Source of the DNA: an uncultured delta proteobacterium
GTDB taxonomy: Bacteria > Myxococcota > Myxococcia > Myxococcales > Anaeromyxobacteraceae
Direction of reading: 5' to 3'
Assembly: GCA_963766715.1 (NCBI GenBank)
Contig: CAVYBH010000014.1
Coordinates: 32,001 to 96,000, forward strand
Length of the DNA stretch: 64,000 nt
Positions 51,440-64,000 of the stretch are shown here, piece by piece (positions within the stretch are counted from its first letter, which is position 1; every line of letters starts with the position of its first letter). The notes under the pieces are model-generated. The model saw only the letters and a program-made list of their open reading frames with translations. It was not told the DNA's origin and made no database searches. The position numbers and the translations under genes were made by a program.

Positions 51440-54400
51440 GGATCGGGCCCCCGCCCGGATACTGGAGCTGCGTCGCTGGCCGTCGTCGCCGTACCGGTGA
51501 CGACGACGTTGCTCGCAGAGTCGGTGCCGCTTGCCGTCGCGGTGAAGGTGATGCTCGGGTTGCCGGCGTCGGCGTGCAGCAGAAGGAGAACGGAACAGTG
51601 TCGCCTGGCGCGATGGCCGCCGAGGCGGGCGTGGCGGCGGTGCAGGTGGCCGCCGCCGTGCCCAGGCCCGTCCATGAAGGCGTGACGGTGACTCCGATCG
51701 CGCTCGCACCGCCTGCGGCGGCGGTGTTCTGGACGTCGCGACGAGCGGGATCGCCACGTCCACAGCGGCGGGAGACGCCGGGTCGCTCGCGAAGCTCACG
51801 GCCAGGGCGGCGGCGGGGAGGACCGTGACGGGGGAGGTGACGGCGGCCGTGACGTGGGGCGTCCCGGGGATGTTGGCGTCCACCCAGGTGGCGGTGGCGG
51901 AGAGGGTTCCCGAGGCGGTGGCCGTGCAGCCGGGCACTGCGATGGCCTGGCCATTCGCGACGCCATTCACCGGGGCGATGGCCGGGCAGGTGGCGCCCGT
52001 CACGGTGATGGCGGTGACGTTGGCCGGAGCCGTGCCGGTCTTGCCCACGGTGAAGGTGAGCGAGAAGACCTGGCCGACGGTGACCGTCGGCTGCGACGGT
52101 GCAACCGAGGTGGCGGTCACGACGGCCGCCGTCTGTACCGTGATGGGGGAGGTGACGGCAGCGGTGGTGCGAGGCGTCGCGGGGACGTTCGCGTCCACCC
52201 AGGTGGCGGTGGCGGAGAGGGTTCCCGAGGCGGTGGCCGTGCAGCCGGGCACTGCGATGGCCTGCCCATTCGTGACGCCGTTTACCGGGGCGATGGCCGG
52301 GCACGTAGCGCCCGTCACGGTGATGGCGGTGACGTTGGCCGGAGCCGTGCCGGTCTTGCCCACGGTGAAGGTGAGCGAGAAGACCTGGCCGACGGTGACG
52401 GTCGGCTGCGACGGTGCAACCGAGGTGGCGGTCACGACGGCCGCCGTCTGTACCGTGATGGGGGAGGTGACGGCAGCAGTGGTGCGAGTCGCGGACGGGC
52501 GTCCACCCAGGTGGCGGTGGCGGAGAGGGTTCCCGAGGCGGCCGTGAGCCGGGCACCGGGTGGCCTGGCTGACCGAGGCCGGAGGCGGGGCGTGGCGCCC
52601 GTCACGGTGATGGCGGTGACGTTGGCCGGAGCCGTGCCGGTTTTCCCACGGTGGTGAGCGAGAAGACCTGGCCGACGCTGACGGTCGGCTGCGAGGAAAC
52701 CACCGAGGTCGCGGTCACGACGGCTGCGGTCGACGGTGATGGGAGGTGACGGCAGCGGTGGTGCAGGCGTGCGGAGAGCGTTCACGCCACGGTGGCGGTG
52801 GCGGAGAGGGTTCCCGAGGCGGTGGCCGTGCATCCGGGCACCGGAATGGCCTGGCCGTTCGTGACGCCGGTCACCCGCGATGGCGGGGCGGTGGCGCCCG
52901 TCACGGTGATGGCGGTCACGTTGGCCGCGGCGGCGCCGGTCTTGCCCACTCGTGATCGTAGGGAGAAGACCTGGCCGACGCTGACGGCGGTCCGGAGGCG
53001 GGCGTGGAAGGTTGCCAGGAGAGCGGAGAGCCCGCCTTGCCCGATGGTGTCGACGTTGGACGGGGTCACCGCGGCCGTCACCGCAGCTCCGGTGTTGGCG
53101 TCGACCCCGGTCGCACTGCCCGTGAAGGCGATCGTCCCCACCGAGGTGGCGTGTAGGTCCAGGTGGACGGGGCGAGCCGCCGGCGGCAACAGTGACGGAA
53201 GGCGGCGCGGCCCGCAGGACGCCGTCACCGGCCCGCTGCCCGGCGGCGGCCGTGAGCGCGCCGCGGCGTGACCACCGCCGCGGCGCCTCCGTGTTGGAGA
53301 GGGTGAGGGTCACCGTGAAGGGGAGGCCCCGGGCGATGGCCGACGGGAAGGTCCCCCTGACCGCCGCGGGCGCCTGGACCGTCACGCTGGCGTGGCCGTG
53401 TTCGAGGTGACCGCGAGGGCCGGATTGTTGGCGTCCGTCCCGGACGCGGACGCCGAGAAGGAGAGCGTCCCCGGCGTCGCGGACGAGCAGCCCGAGTAGA
53501 CCAGGGTCTGAGCGGGGGGGATGGGCGCGGAGGCAGGCGAACCGACGTGCAGCCCGCGATGGCGGTGGGCGAGACCGCGTTCGCGGCCGCAGCGCCCCCG
53601 TTCACCACGGAGAGGGACAGGTGAAGGCCTGGCCGACGTTCACCGTAGGGCTGGCCGGCGGGGACGGGCGCGTCGCGAGTGAGCGTGGCGGCGGCGGGGC
53701 CGGGACGTCACCGACGTGGTCGGTCGGGCCGTGACGGCTCCGCCCGAGAACGCGTCGGTCCCGTTCAGGACGACGACGAAGGAGAGGTGCCCCGCGGCCA
53801 CGCCCGCTCGCGCCGCGGTCATCCAGCTGGTGGTGAAGGTCTGGCCCCGGCCAGCGTAGCACGGGCACCAGGCGTGGACGTCTGGGTCACGGTGGCGCCG
53901 CGTCGAGGAACCGGCCGGAGCGACCACGGTGGCCGTCGGCGAGCCCGGGGTTGGTGACGGACAGGGTGAGGGTGAAGGGCTGGCCCGCGCTGACCGTGGC
54001 CGGCGCCGGGGTCAGCGTGGCGTTCACCCGCGCTGCCGATGTGAATTTCCGGACGTGGCGACGGCCGAGGTCACGGCGGCGCCGGTGTTGGCGTCGGTGC
54101 CGCTGGCGCTCGACGAGAGGGTCACGGGACCCGGGGTCGTGCCCCGAAGTAAAGGAAGACGCACCGCGGTGGCCGGCGGGTGCCGCCGAGAGGGCGGGAC
54201 CGTCCCGTGCCTGCCTTCAGCACGGCGCCGGGGGACGATGGGTACCGCGGGGAGGACGCCGTTTGCCGCGGAGGGACCGCCTCCGCGTGACCGACGGTCA
54301 CCGCGAACTCCTGGCCGACGGCGGCGGCCCCGGAGGCGGGCAGGGCCGCGGTCAGCGCCGCCGGCAGCTGCACCGTCGCCTGGGCGGGGAGGGCGGGATC

Positions 54401-55102
54401 GGTGGAGGCCGTGACGGCGGTTCCCGAGAAGGAGTCGGTGGCGCTCGCCGTACCCGAGAAGGCGAGGGTCCCCGCGCCGGTGGCCGGGTAGGTCCAGGTG
54501 AAGGTCCCGGATGCGCCCGGCGCCAGGCTGGCGATGGTGGCCGGGTCGGGGCCGGTGGGAGCGCCCACCGTGCCGGTGCCCGTCACCGCGATGGATACCG
54601 GCGAGACGCCCGTCGCGTCGCTCGTGCCGCCGTTCGTCACCGTGAGCCGGACGGTAATCGACTGCCCCACGCTCACCGTGGCCGGCGTGGCGGAGATGGC
54701 CGCCGACATGGACGCGAGCGCCGAACCCTCGACGGTGTAGGCGTTCTGCAGCGTCCCGGAGGTGCCGTAGGGGCCCTGTACGCGGAGCGGCTTCACCCCG
54801 GGAGCGAGCCCGGCCGGGACCGTGGCCGAGAGGGTCTGGCCGTCGACGCGGCGGACGTCCTGCAGCGGCGCCTCCCCCAGCCAGGCCTGGAAGGTCTCGT
54901 CGATCGCGGGCGAGCCCCCGGTGGACGACTGGACCGTCCGCACCGCGAAGCCGTCGCCCTGGATGAGGACCGGGGTGGCGTTCGCCGCGAAGCCGCGCGC
55001 TGGCGTCATCGACGCGGGCGCGGGCGCGGGGAAGTCGGATCCTCCACACGCGGTGAGGACCAGGGCGGCCAGGAGGGCGGAGGTCGAGCGTCTAGCCCAC
55101 AT
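51440..55102 (-). CDS. Large Thr/Ala/Val-rich surface lipoprotein with tandem Ig-like beta-sandwich repeats (heavily frameshifted)
   Basis: Lipobox VLTAC, IPT/TIG-like start, repeated P.TV.VGQ.F..T.TV...ATG.DAN units. Confidence 0.72.
51825..52990 (-). repeat. About 3.5-4 tandem copies of a 315-bp (105 aa) unit
   Basis: CACCCAGGTGGCGGTGGCGGAGAGGGTTCCCGAGGC recurs at 51881, 52196 and 52504, and (degenerate) near 52790. Confidence 0.9.
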
Positions 55103-56829
55103 CGAACCGGTACCCCAGGAAACCGAGGAAGGTGAAGGTCGATCCACTCAGCGTCGACAAGCCGGGGTCGCCAATCCAGGTGGCCCTCGCCTCGAGGAAG
55201 AGCCAGCCGGGGCCGAGGCGCGGGCCCAGGGAGAGCGAGCCGCTGGCCGCCGGGGCGAAGCCGCTCTCGCTCGTGGACGGCTGGCCCGCCAGCTGCGATC
55301 GGTTCGAGACGAGCGCGCCCCCTCCGCCCGCCGTCGCCCAGACCATCCAGCGCTCGGCGAACGGCGTCCGCCATCCCACCGAGAGCAGGAACGGGAGGTA
55401 GCTCTGGGTGGAATCGAAGCTCGACTCGACCCCGCCCACGGTCGCGGTGCTGGTGCGCGAAATCATCCACCAGTCGACGTCGAGAACCAGGCCGAGCTGG
55501 GTCCGGCCGAAGAACCTCCAGAGGCCCGCCTCCGCTCCCGCGGCCGGTCCCACGCCACCGCCGGTGAACCCCGCCCCCCTTTCAGGCCCAGGGAGACCGA
55601 GAGGCGACGGGCCCGGAGCACCAGTTCGACCTTGGTGGTGGCGGGGCCCGCCGTGATCACGACCTGCTCGGTGGTGTCCTCGGAGACGCGGGGTGGACGG
55701 TAGGGCAGGGCCCAGTGCCCAGGGCTGATGGGAAGCGCGGGCCGGAATTCGCCGCGCCCGCCCAATCCCACCGGAACGTCGTCCACGGGCTTGCCGAACG
55801 CGTCGACCACCTCGACCTCGAGGACCTCGAAGCGCCCCTGGGACGAACCGTCGGCGACGATGGGCTCGTGCGGGCTCACCCGGACCTGGGCCGCAGCCGA
55901 GGGCGTGATCGCAAGGCTCGCGGTGGCCACCGCGCGGTCGGCCCGGGCGGTGAACAAAATCGCGGTGTCCCGCGTTCCCGGGGGAATGGCGACCTGGACC
56001 TGGTAGACGCCCCGCTCCAGGCGGACCGGCGCGTCGAATTGCGCGACGTCCGACTCCAGGACGAGCGCCTCGTCCGTGAGGTTGCCGCCGAATCCCGGAT
56101 GCGCACCACGACCGAGGTCTTCAATCCGGCGCCGGCCACCGAACCCGCATCCTGCGTGATCTCAATCGCCTGCGGCGTTCCCGGCTTGCGAGCGAGCGAG
56201 GCGGCGGCGGAAGGTTCCAGCCCGAAGGCGGCCGTGACGGCGGCGGCCTTGGCCTCGCCGGGGGGCACGCGCCACCGGGCTCGCCAGGCGCCGGGCCCGA
56301 GCGATTCGACGCGCGCCACCGACCCGACGCTCGGCTGGATGGCGGGGGCGCTGCCTCGGCGAGGGTTGCCCCGCTCGTCCGTGGCGAAGACGTAGACCAG
56401 CACGTCGGCGTCCTGGTCGGCGCTCGCGGTCCCGGGCTCGACAAGGGTCAGGGTCACCGGCAACGGGCTCGATGCGGTCTCCCGCGGCGCGGCGACATGG
56501 ATCACCGAGAAGCCACAGGCGTTCGGACCCACGGCGGCGACAATCACAATCGGAGGCGAGTCGGCGCCGGCCTGGAACTCCGCCTCCACCGTCCCCGCGC
56601 CGAAGCTCACCGGCGACCCGGACGTGCCGCTGCTGGCGCGCAGCTGCAAGTCGGCGATCCCAGTGGGGATCCGGATCCGGGCGGTGCGTGCGCCGGCAGG
56701 AAGGTTCGGGGGCGTCACCTGGATGGCCAGGTCGCACCGGATCGGCGCGGCCCGCGACACACCCGGGGCCATCACCAGCGAGGTGAGGACGAAGCCCAGC
56801 CGGACGAAAGTGTGCCCGCATCCACGCAT
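55092..56829 (-). CDS. Exported protein with Ig-like domains and a C-terminal outer-membrane beta-barrel (frameshifted)
   Basis: Signal peptide, D.RGNP/DAFGKP Ig-like motifs, amphipathic strands ending LGYRFDVG. Confidence 0.6.
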
Positions 56830-56982
56830 CGACCGATCCTTCCTCGTCCGGGAGCCCCCTGAGGCGAACCGAGCGTCCTCCTCTTAAGGCCCGGGTAGGG
56901 AACGCGCCTACCCTTTCGATGTCAGCGATTCTTGCGCCGAATCGGGCCGGGCACTTGCCCCGCTGAGGGGATACCCAAATGC

Positions 56983-57753
56983 CTACTTCAAATCCACCGC
57001 CTGGAACGAGGCCAGCGAGCCGCCCCCGGCGTCGAGCAGGTCGAGCCGGTCGCCGGAGATGCGCCAGGCGAGGACCTTCCCGAGCGCGGCCAGGAAGGCC
57101 GTCTCCTGGTCCATGCCCTCCGCGCAGGCCATCCGGGTGAGGGCGAGGTTCCCGAAGGTGAGCGTGCTGCCCTCCACGGTGCACGAGCCCGAGAACCGGT
57201 TGCAGCCGCCCGACCCCGCGACCTGGCCCTTTCCGGAATGGACGACGAGGCTCGCCTCGCGCTGGTTCGCGGCGCCACGCACCGCGGTCTCTCCCAGGCG
57301 CGTGAGCTTCCAGTACGTCTCGCCGAGAGCCCGGTCCGGCGCGGCGGCCGGCCCACCTTCTGGAGCGCGACGGCGACCTCGCTCGCGGCGCCATTCGTCA
57401 GCACCGGGTAGTTCGTCGTCGACGTGAAGAGGAGCTCTGCCTGCCGGGTGATGCGAGCGCGGACCGAGTAGCGGTGGCTCGGAACGATGGCGCCGGATCG
57501 TAGGAATCGAGAAGGGGATGGGGACCTGGCCGGCAGGATCCACGGTGGTCCGCGCGATCAGGTCGGCGGGGGCGTCGGCGCGGCTCACGTCCTCGAGCGA
57601 GACCTCGAGCACCGCGTCGGGGGGCAGCGCGATGCGCTCCCGGTACGCGGCGGTTCCGGTGACGGTCTTGGCGGAGGCCGCCATGGGCGTGGCTCCGAGG
57701 ACGAGCAGGAGGAGGGTGAGCGGCAGGGGCGCCGTGCGGACGAGGGAGTTCAT
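56983..57753 (-). CDS. YbaY-like plus META/HslJ domain protein (frameshifts)
   Basis: YRERIALPPDAVLEVSLEDVSRADAP; GSGGCNRFSG..LTRMAC. Confidence 0.85.
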   Translation of the reverse strand: MNSLVRTAPLPLTLLLLVLGATPMAASAKTVTGTAAYRERIALPPDAVLEVSLEDVSRADAPADLIARTTVDPAGQVPIPFSIPTIRRHRSEPPLLGPRSHHPAGRAPLHVDDELPGADEWRRERGRRRAPEGGPAAAPDRALGETYWKLTRLGETAVRGAANQREASLVVHSGKGQVAGSGGCNRFSGSCTVEGSTLTFGNLALTRMACAEGMDQETAFLAALGKVLAWRISGDRLDLLDAGGGSLASFQAVDLK

Positions 57754-57894
57754 GGGACCTGTCAGCTAGTCGGGCGCACGGGTTCGCGGCCACTCCCGGC
57801 CCCAAGGAGGGGGTGACCGTCGTGCGCGCGCGCCCGCCGGTGGATATCTCCCGCCGCGGAAGGCGCCCGGAGTGCGGACGCGAAGGAGCGGATC

Positions 57895-58878
<984 letters not shown>

Positions 58879-58931
58879 CCGGGTCGCCTGGGCGGCGCGG
58901 TCCGGGCACGGCTATGATGCCTCCACTTCTC

Positions 58932-60810
58932 GTGGGGGGAACCTGGCCCGATTCGGCGATTTCGTCCTGGAGCTGAAGCGCAGGCGCGTGGTTCGCGCCC
59001 TGCTCGGCTGGGGACTCTTCTCGTTCGCCGTGCTCCAGGTCGTCGAGCCAATCCTCCACGCCTACCGCCTCCCGGAGTGGACGCTCACGCTGGTCGTGTC
59101 GCTGCTGGCCGCAGGCTTCCCCGTGACGGTGGCGCTCGCCTGGGTGTTCGACCTCACCGGGAAGGGTGTCACCCGGACCGTGCCCGCGGCGGGAGACGGT
59201 GGAGCAGGGGCCGGCCCCTCCGGGTCCCGCTTCGTCCCGCTTCTGCTGGGGCTCGGTCTCGTCGCCGCCGCTCCCGGCCTCGTCTACTTCTTCGTCTGGC
59301 CGGGAACGGGTCGCGCTCCGGCGGTTCCGGTGGTGCCATCGGCGCCGGTTCCACCGGGGGCATCGGCGGCCCTGGCCGCGCCCGGCGCTCCGTCCATCGC
59401 CGTGCTCGCCTTCGCGGACCTGAGTCCCACGAAGGACCAGGAGTACTTCTCCGACGGCATCGCCGAGGAGATCCTGAACGCGCTGGCGCGCGTGAAGGGG
59501 CTGAGGGTCGCGGGCCGGACCTCCTCGTTCCACTTCAAGGGCAGGAACGAGGACCTGCACGCCATCGGGACCACCCTCGGGGTCGCGAACATCCTGGAGG
59601 GATCGGTCCGGAAGCAGGGCAACAAGGTGCGCATCACCGCGCAGCTCATCAAGGCATCGGACGGGTTTCACCTCTGGTCGAAGACCTACGACGGCGATCT
59701 CACCGACGTGTTCGAGCTGCAGGAGCGCATCGCCCGCGCCATCACCGACGAGCTGAAGGTGGTGCTGCAGGGGGACCAGCGGGCCCGCCTCGTCCCGGTG
59801 GCGACGACGAACCCGGAGGCCTACGCGCTCTACCTCCAGGCGAGCGCCATCTTCAACCGGCGCGAGGGCTCCGATTCCCGGACGCGGTCGCCCACCTCGA
59901 GCAGGCCATCCGGCTCGACCCGGCCTACGCCCGCGCGCACTCGCGCCTCGCCGCGCTGCACGCGCTCTCGCCCGCCTACGTGCCGCTGGTCGCCGAGGCC
60001 TCGCGCCGCGCGGCCGAGAAGCACGCGCGCAGGCGATGGAGCTGATGCCGCCCTGGCCGAGCCGCATGCCGTGCTCGCCCTCCTGTTCACCCAGCAGCGA
60101 CGCTACGAGGACGAGTGGGTGGCCATCGAGCGCGCGCTCGCGCTCGATCCCGACGACGTCACCGCCAACTTCTGGTTCGCGTCCGGCCTCATCACCCAGG
60201 GCTACGGCGGCAGGGCAGCGAGCGGCTCGACCGGGTGCTCGCCATCGACCCGATCATGCCCAACGCCCTGCTGTGGCGGGGGAGGACTTTCCTCGACGAG
60301 GGCGACGTCGACGGCGCGGAGCGGCTCTCCCGGCGCGCGGCGGACCTGGGCCTCGCCCATGCCGCGCTCGGCCTCTCCGCGGCGGCGGAGGCCCGCGGCA
60401 ACAGGCAGGAGGCGATCGATCAGCTGGCGGCTGCCATCCGCCCGTGGGCCTCCGTTCCGCCGGCTTGAGACGTCATCGCCCGGGGTGCCCTGGGCGACGA
60501 GCAGGCGCGGCTGAAGGGCGTGGCGATCGTCGAGGCCTACCTGGCCACGAGGCCCAAGGTGGTGGCGGGTGGCGCCGTTCGCCTTGCTTCGCCTCGGCGA
60601 GCCGGCCCGGGCGCTCGCCGCTTCCAGGAGCAGTCGACGGAACGACTCGCTGATCATGGACTGGCTGTGGGGCCCCTACGGCCGAGCTGCGCGGGCCTTG
60701 CCGGGGTTCCCGGAGTTCCTGCGGAAGATCGGCCTCGCCGACCTCTGGGAGCACCACGGCCCGGTGACGGATGCCGCCGCGTGGCGCCGCGCGAGTTCGT
60801 CTGCGGGTGA
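58932..60810 (+). CDS. Membrane-anchored TolB-N-like/TPR protein (frameshifts)
   Basis: ELKRRRV, SIAVLAFADLS..QEYFSDGIAEEILNAL, LEGSVR, TPR motifs. Confidence 0.8.
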
Positions 60811-60828
60811 TCGATCGCCTGGAGGCAC

Positions 60829-61121
60829 TTGGCTGCCTACGTCATCGCCATCCTGAAAGTTACCGACCCGGCTGCGTACGAACGGTACAAGGCCGCCGCT
60901 CCAGCGACCATCGCGGCGGCCGGTGGCCGCTACGTGTCGCGCGGGGGCGAGGTCGTGGCGCTCGAGGGTGCGCACGACGGCGGCCGCGTGGTCATCCTCG
61001 AGTTCCCGTCGGCGGAGGCGGCGAAGGGCTGGTACGACGGCGAGGCCTACCGCGAGGCGCGAAGCGGCGGGAGACGTGCGCCCGGAACGTGACCTTCCTC
61101 CTCGTCCCCGGGCTTCCGTAG
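60829..61121 (+). CDS. DUF1330 domain protein
   Basis: AYVIA..VTDP..Y..Y..GGRY..RGG..LEG..VILEFPS..A..WY. Confidence 0.88.
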
Positions 61122-61899
61122 CTCACGGCCGCAGCCGCCCTCCGGTGGCGCGGCTCGAGACGGTCCCGCTCACCCGCATGGGCGTCGACAAGCCTCGGGC
61201 CGGGCGATTCCAGGGCCCAACATTTCCAGCAGCGCCTGTGGAGGCGGTGGCGACGCGACTGCTCACGCCGAACTCGAGCCAAGGGCTGAGCCGATCGCCT
61301 GGAGCGTCCGGGCCGTCCCAGCGGGAGCCGGGCCTTCACGGCGTCGCGGGCGTCGGGCTCCTTCACGTCGACGCGGTAGCTCGCTGCAGTGAGCGAAGGC
61401 CTGCTGCTGGGCGCGTGTGTCGGCGCCGAAGACGCAGGCGTGCCCCCGGGAGGTGAGCCGACGGACAGTTGCTCGCGCCCTCCGGATTCCCTTGATCACC
61501 ACCCGCATGTCGCCGGGCTGGTCGTGCGTGGGGAACGGCGAGACCTGTACGTGCGCGCTGCCGCGGACGAGGAAGGTCCTGACCCCGCGTCCTTCTCGGC
61601 CGCGGGAAGGACGATGGCGAGACTGAAGGCGGCGAGCAGGAGCCGCGCCGTGGCAAGGAGCGGGCGCAGGGGCCCATGATGCCCGCCAACGCCCCGGCGT
61701 CACGATCCGGCGCCGGCCAGTGCCCACCCGGCCGGGATGCGGGCCATCCGGGTTGCCGCCTCGTCGCCGACTCGAAGGGACCAGGCCTTGTCACCCGAGG
61801 TGAATGGAACGGGGCGGCCCGGAAGGGGTCGTGGATCCGCGCGTGCGCCGGGAGGATCATGCGGGGACCAGGGAACACGAAGTTGCCCGGGGGGCGACC

Positions 61900-62353
61900 A
61901 TGAAGATCCTTAGGTGATGTCGAGGCAGGCGTACTCGTGCCACGCCACGGACATGCTCGACGCGGCGGCGCGGGTCATGCGGGACCACGACGTCGGGGCG
62001 GTGCCGGTCCGCGGCGCTGACGGCAAGCTGGCCGGGATCACCACCGACCGTGACATCGCCATGGGCGCCTGCTTTGGGGGCCAGCCGCTCGCGCGACTCC
62101 GGGGTCCGACGACATGTCCCGCCAGGTCTTCACCGTCACGCCGGAGCACGCCGTCGAGGACGCCGAGGAGCTGATGGCGACGAGGCAGATCCGCAGGCTC
62201 CCGGTGGTGGGCGCCGCGGGAAGCCCCGGGACGATGACGATGGGGGACCTGGCCCGCGCCGCGGCCGGGGAGAAGGGGATTGACGCCAGGAGGGGCGCGA
62301 GGACGGTCTGCCGGATCGTCGAGGCCCGGTCGGCGCCGGCCCTGGTGGGGTGA
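61900..62353 (+). CDS. CBS domain protein (frameshifts)
   Basis: AARVMRDHDVGAVPV..GITTDRDIA; ELMATRQIRRLPVV. Confidence 0.82.
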
Positions 62354-62357
62354 GCCC

Positions 62358-62800
62358 ATGGCCCCGTTTCGCCACGTGATGGTCGCGACCGACCTGTCGG
62401 AGTCGCCCAGGCAGCCCGAAGCAGGCCGTCGAGCTGGCGCGAACGCGGGACCGACCTGACCGTCGTCCACAGCTGCGAGATCCCCGTCGATTGGAACACG
62501 CCCGAGATGGCGATGGCCCCGGTCGACCTGCTCACTCCGGCGGTCGATGCCGCGCGGGCCCGGCTGGAGGAGCTGATGCGCCAGGTCCACAAGGAGTGCC
62601 CGGGGGCGCAGAGCCTGCTCGAAATCGGGGTCCCGGCCGACAAGATCCTGTCGGCGGCGGCGTCGTCCGGGGCCGACCTGATCGTCATGGGGACCCACGG
62701 GCGCCGTGGACTGGCCCACGCCATGCTCGGGAGCGTCGCGGAGAAGGTGGTCCGGCGCTCCACCGTCCCGGTGCTGACCATCCGCCCGCCCCCGGCCTGA
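62358..62800 (+). CDS. Universal stress protein (frameshift)
   Basis: VMVATDLS; DLIVMGTHGRRG..LGSVAEKVVR..PVLT. Confidence 0.88.
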
Positions 62801-62834
62801 GCAGGAGGCGGTCGCCGTCGTCGCGCGGCGCCGG

Positions 62835-63252
62835 CTACTGCTTCATCCGCACGAAGAACACGTCGAAGGTCTCGCGAGCGACCGCCTGGTAGTAGCGGCC
62901 CACCAGCCGGTCGGTCTTCGCGTCGTAGGTGAGCGTGTAGGTCGAGCCCGGGTAGTTCACGTCGCGCAGCTCGAGGAAGACCTCGATGGCCGAGCCCTTC
63001 CGGGACGCGTCCGCCTTCGCGACGTGGATCACCGCGGGTTGAAGTAGGCGGCCTGGAGCTTCCCGTCCGGCGCGACGCTGCGGATCTCGACGACGTAGCC
63101 TCCCTCGGATCGCACCCAGCGGCCGACGAGCGTGTCGAGCGAGGGGGCGGCCTTCGCCGCGGCCGCAGGCGCCTCCTGGGCGGGGGCCGGGGAGGGGACG
63201 GCGACGAGGATGCCAGGGCGGCCAGGATTCCGGGGAGTCTCACGAAGGGCAT
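62835..63252 (-). CDS. Conserved-looking exported hypothetical protein (frameshifts)
   Basis: GRWVRSEGGYVVEI..AAYFNPR; ELRDVNYPGSTYTL.Y. Confidence 0.6.
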
Positions 63253-63253
63253 C

Positions 63254-64000
63254 TCAAATCCTCTCGATGCGGGCGGGTACGTGCTTGTGCCAGGGGGTCC
63301 CGGCGAACGGGTCGCGGTCCTCGCTGGCGGTGAGCTCGTTCGGGGCGACGCCCGTCGAGACCTCGCCGTCCGCACCGGGGTAGCCGAGTCCGAGGCCGTT
63401 GGGAAGCGAGACGTGCCCCCGCTGCATCGTGTCCGACACCTCGATGGAGGCGACGACGGAATCGCGCCGGGTGGAGAGCCGCACCCTGTCCCCGGAGCCC
63501 ACGCCCAGGTCGGACGCGTCCTCCGGGCTGATCCGCAGCGCACCCTCGGGGTCCTGCTTCCGCCACGCGGGATCGCGGATGATCGTGTTCGCGGTGTAGG
63601 ACCGTCGCTCCCCGGCCGAGAGCACGAAGGGAAAGGCCAGGTCCCGGTCCTGGGCGGATCGCGTTCCAGCCGCGCCAGCTCCTCCAGGAGATCGGGCAGG
63701 GCGAGCTGGATCTTCCCGTCCGGCGTCGCGATGCGGCCCAGCACGTCGGCCCACTCGTCGACCGAGAAGATCACCCCGGACGGGCTCCGCAGGATGGCGT
63801 CGAAGAGCGCCTGCGCGGCCTCGAGCGGCGTCCCTCCGAAGCCGGCCCGGGCGAGCGACGCAGGGCTCTGCATCGCAGCGCGGAGCGAGAGGGCGAGGAG
63901 GACCGCGCCCTCCCGGACCTCCGGAGGAAGCGCCATCGTCCGGTAGAGCAGGACCGGCGCCTGGGCGGCGAGGCGCGGGTCGGAGAGGAAGAGGCCAGCC
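63254..64000 (-). CDS. Molybdopterin-dependent oxidoreductase, C-terminal part (runs off the right edge)
   Basis: TPDGKIQL, FPFVLSAGERRSYTANT, ISPEDA..LG..GD.VRL.T.R, N.LT..RDP.AGTP.HK. Confidence 0.85.
   Translation of the reverse strand, partial: GWPLPLRPAPRRPGAGPALPDDGASSGGPGGRGPPRPLAPRCDAEPCVARPGRLRRDAARGRAGALRRHPAEPVRGDLLGRRVGRRAGPHRDAGREDPARPARSPGGAGAAGTRSAQDRDLAFPFVLSAGERRSYTANTIIRDPAWRKQDPEGALRISPEDASDLGVGSGDRVRLSTRRDSVVASIEVSDTMQRGHVSLPNGLGLGYPGADGEVSTGVAPNELTASEDRDPFAGTPWHKHVPARIERI

Noticed and set aside
51825..52990. Tandem repeats as a CRISPR or non-coding array
   Set aside because: The unit is 315 bp, in frame and protein-coding, with no unique spacers.
61461..61467. Other GTCCGT cores (also near 31399 and 49652)
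   Set aside because: No NANNNT hexamer at the conserved spacing or no downstream start, so they were not counted as motif copies.
61122..61899. ORFs between the DUF1330 and CBS genes
   Set aside because: No recognisable motif and inconsistent frames; a gene cannot be defined.

Overview
This is a very GC-rich bacterial window whose gene content is myxobacterial (Anaeromyxobacter-like, by inference). It carries many single-base indels that split otherwise intact genes, most likely uncorrected long-read errors. In order, it contains: a hemerythrin-cytochrome c-narG-narH nitrate reductase operon with a divergent Rrf2 regulator; lipid genes (hydrolase, WS/DGAT, cholesterol-oxidase-like GMC); two PAS histidine kinases; eutBC plus an AEC transporter; a glyoxylate shunt (long ICL2-type isocitrate lyase and a long malate synthase); an Omp85-type barrel; a MoaD/beta-propeller pair; a nine-haem lipoprotein cytochrome; a 13-kb co-directional block; and a repeat-rich surface lipoprotein with stress genes. 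The 13-kb block encodes AddB-like and AddA-like helicase-nucleases, an aspartyl protease, a tyrosine phosphatase, a NERD helicase, three WYL proteins including a PafB/PafC-like pair, and a T3SS/YbjN-type chaperone. The best candidate for an undescribed system is this block. Four of its genes are preceded by the same non-coding motif, (T/A)GTCCGT-N8-NANNNT, at identical spacing. This resembles the PafBC-activated RecA-NDp promoter of actinobacteria and suggests a local WYL-activated DNA-damage/defence regulon outside Actinobacteria. No rRNA, tRNA, CRISPR array or mobile element was recognised.
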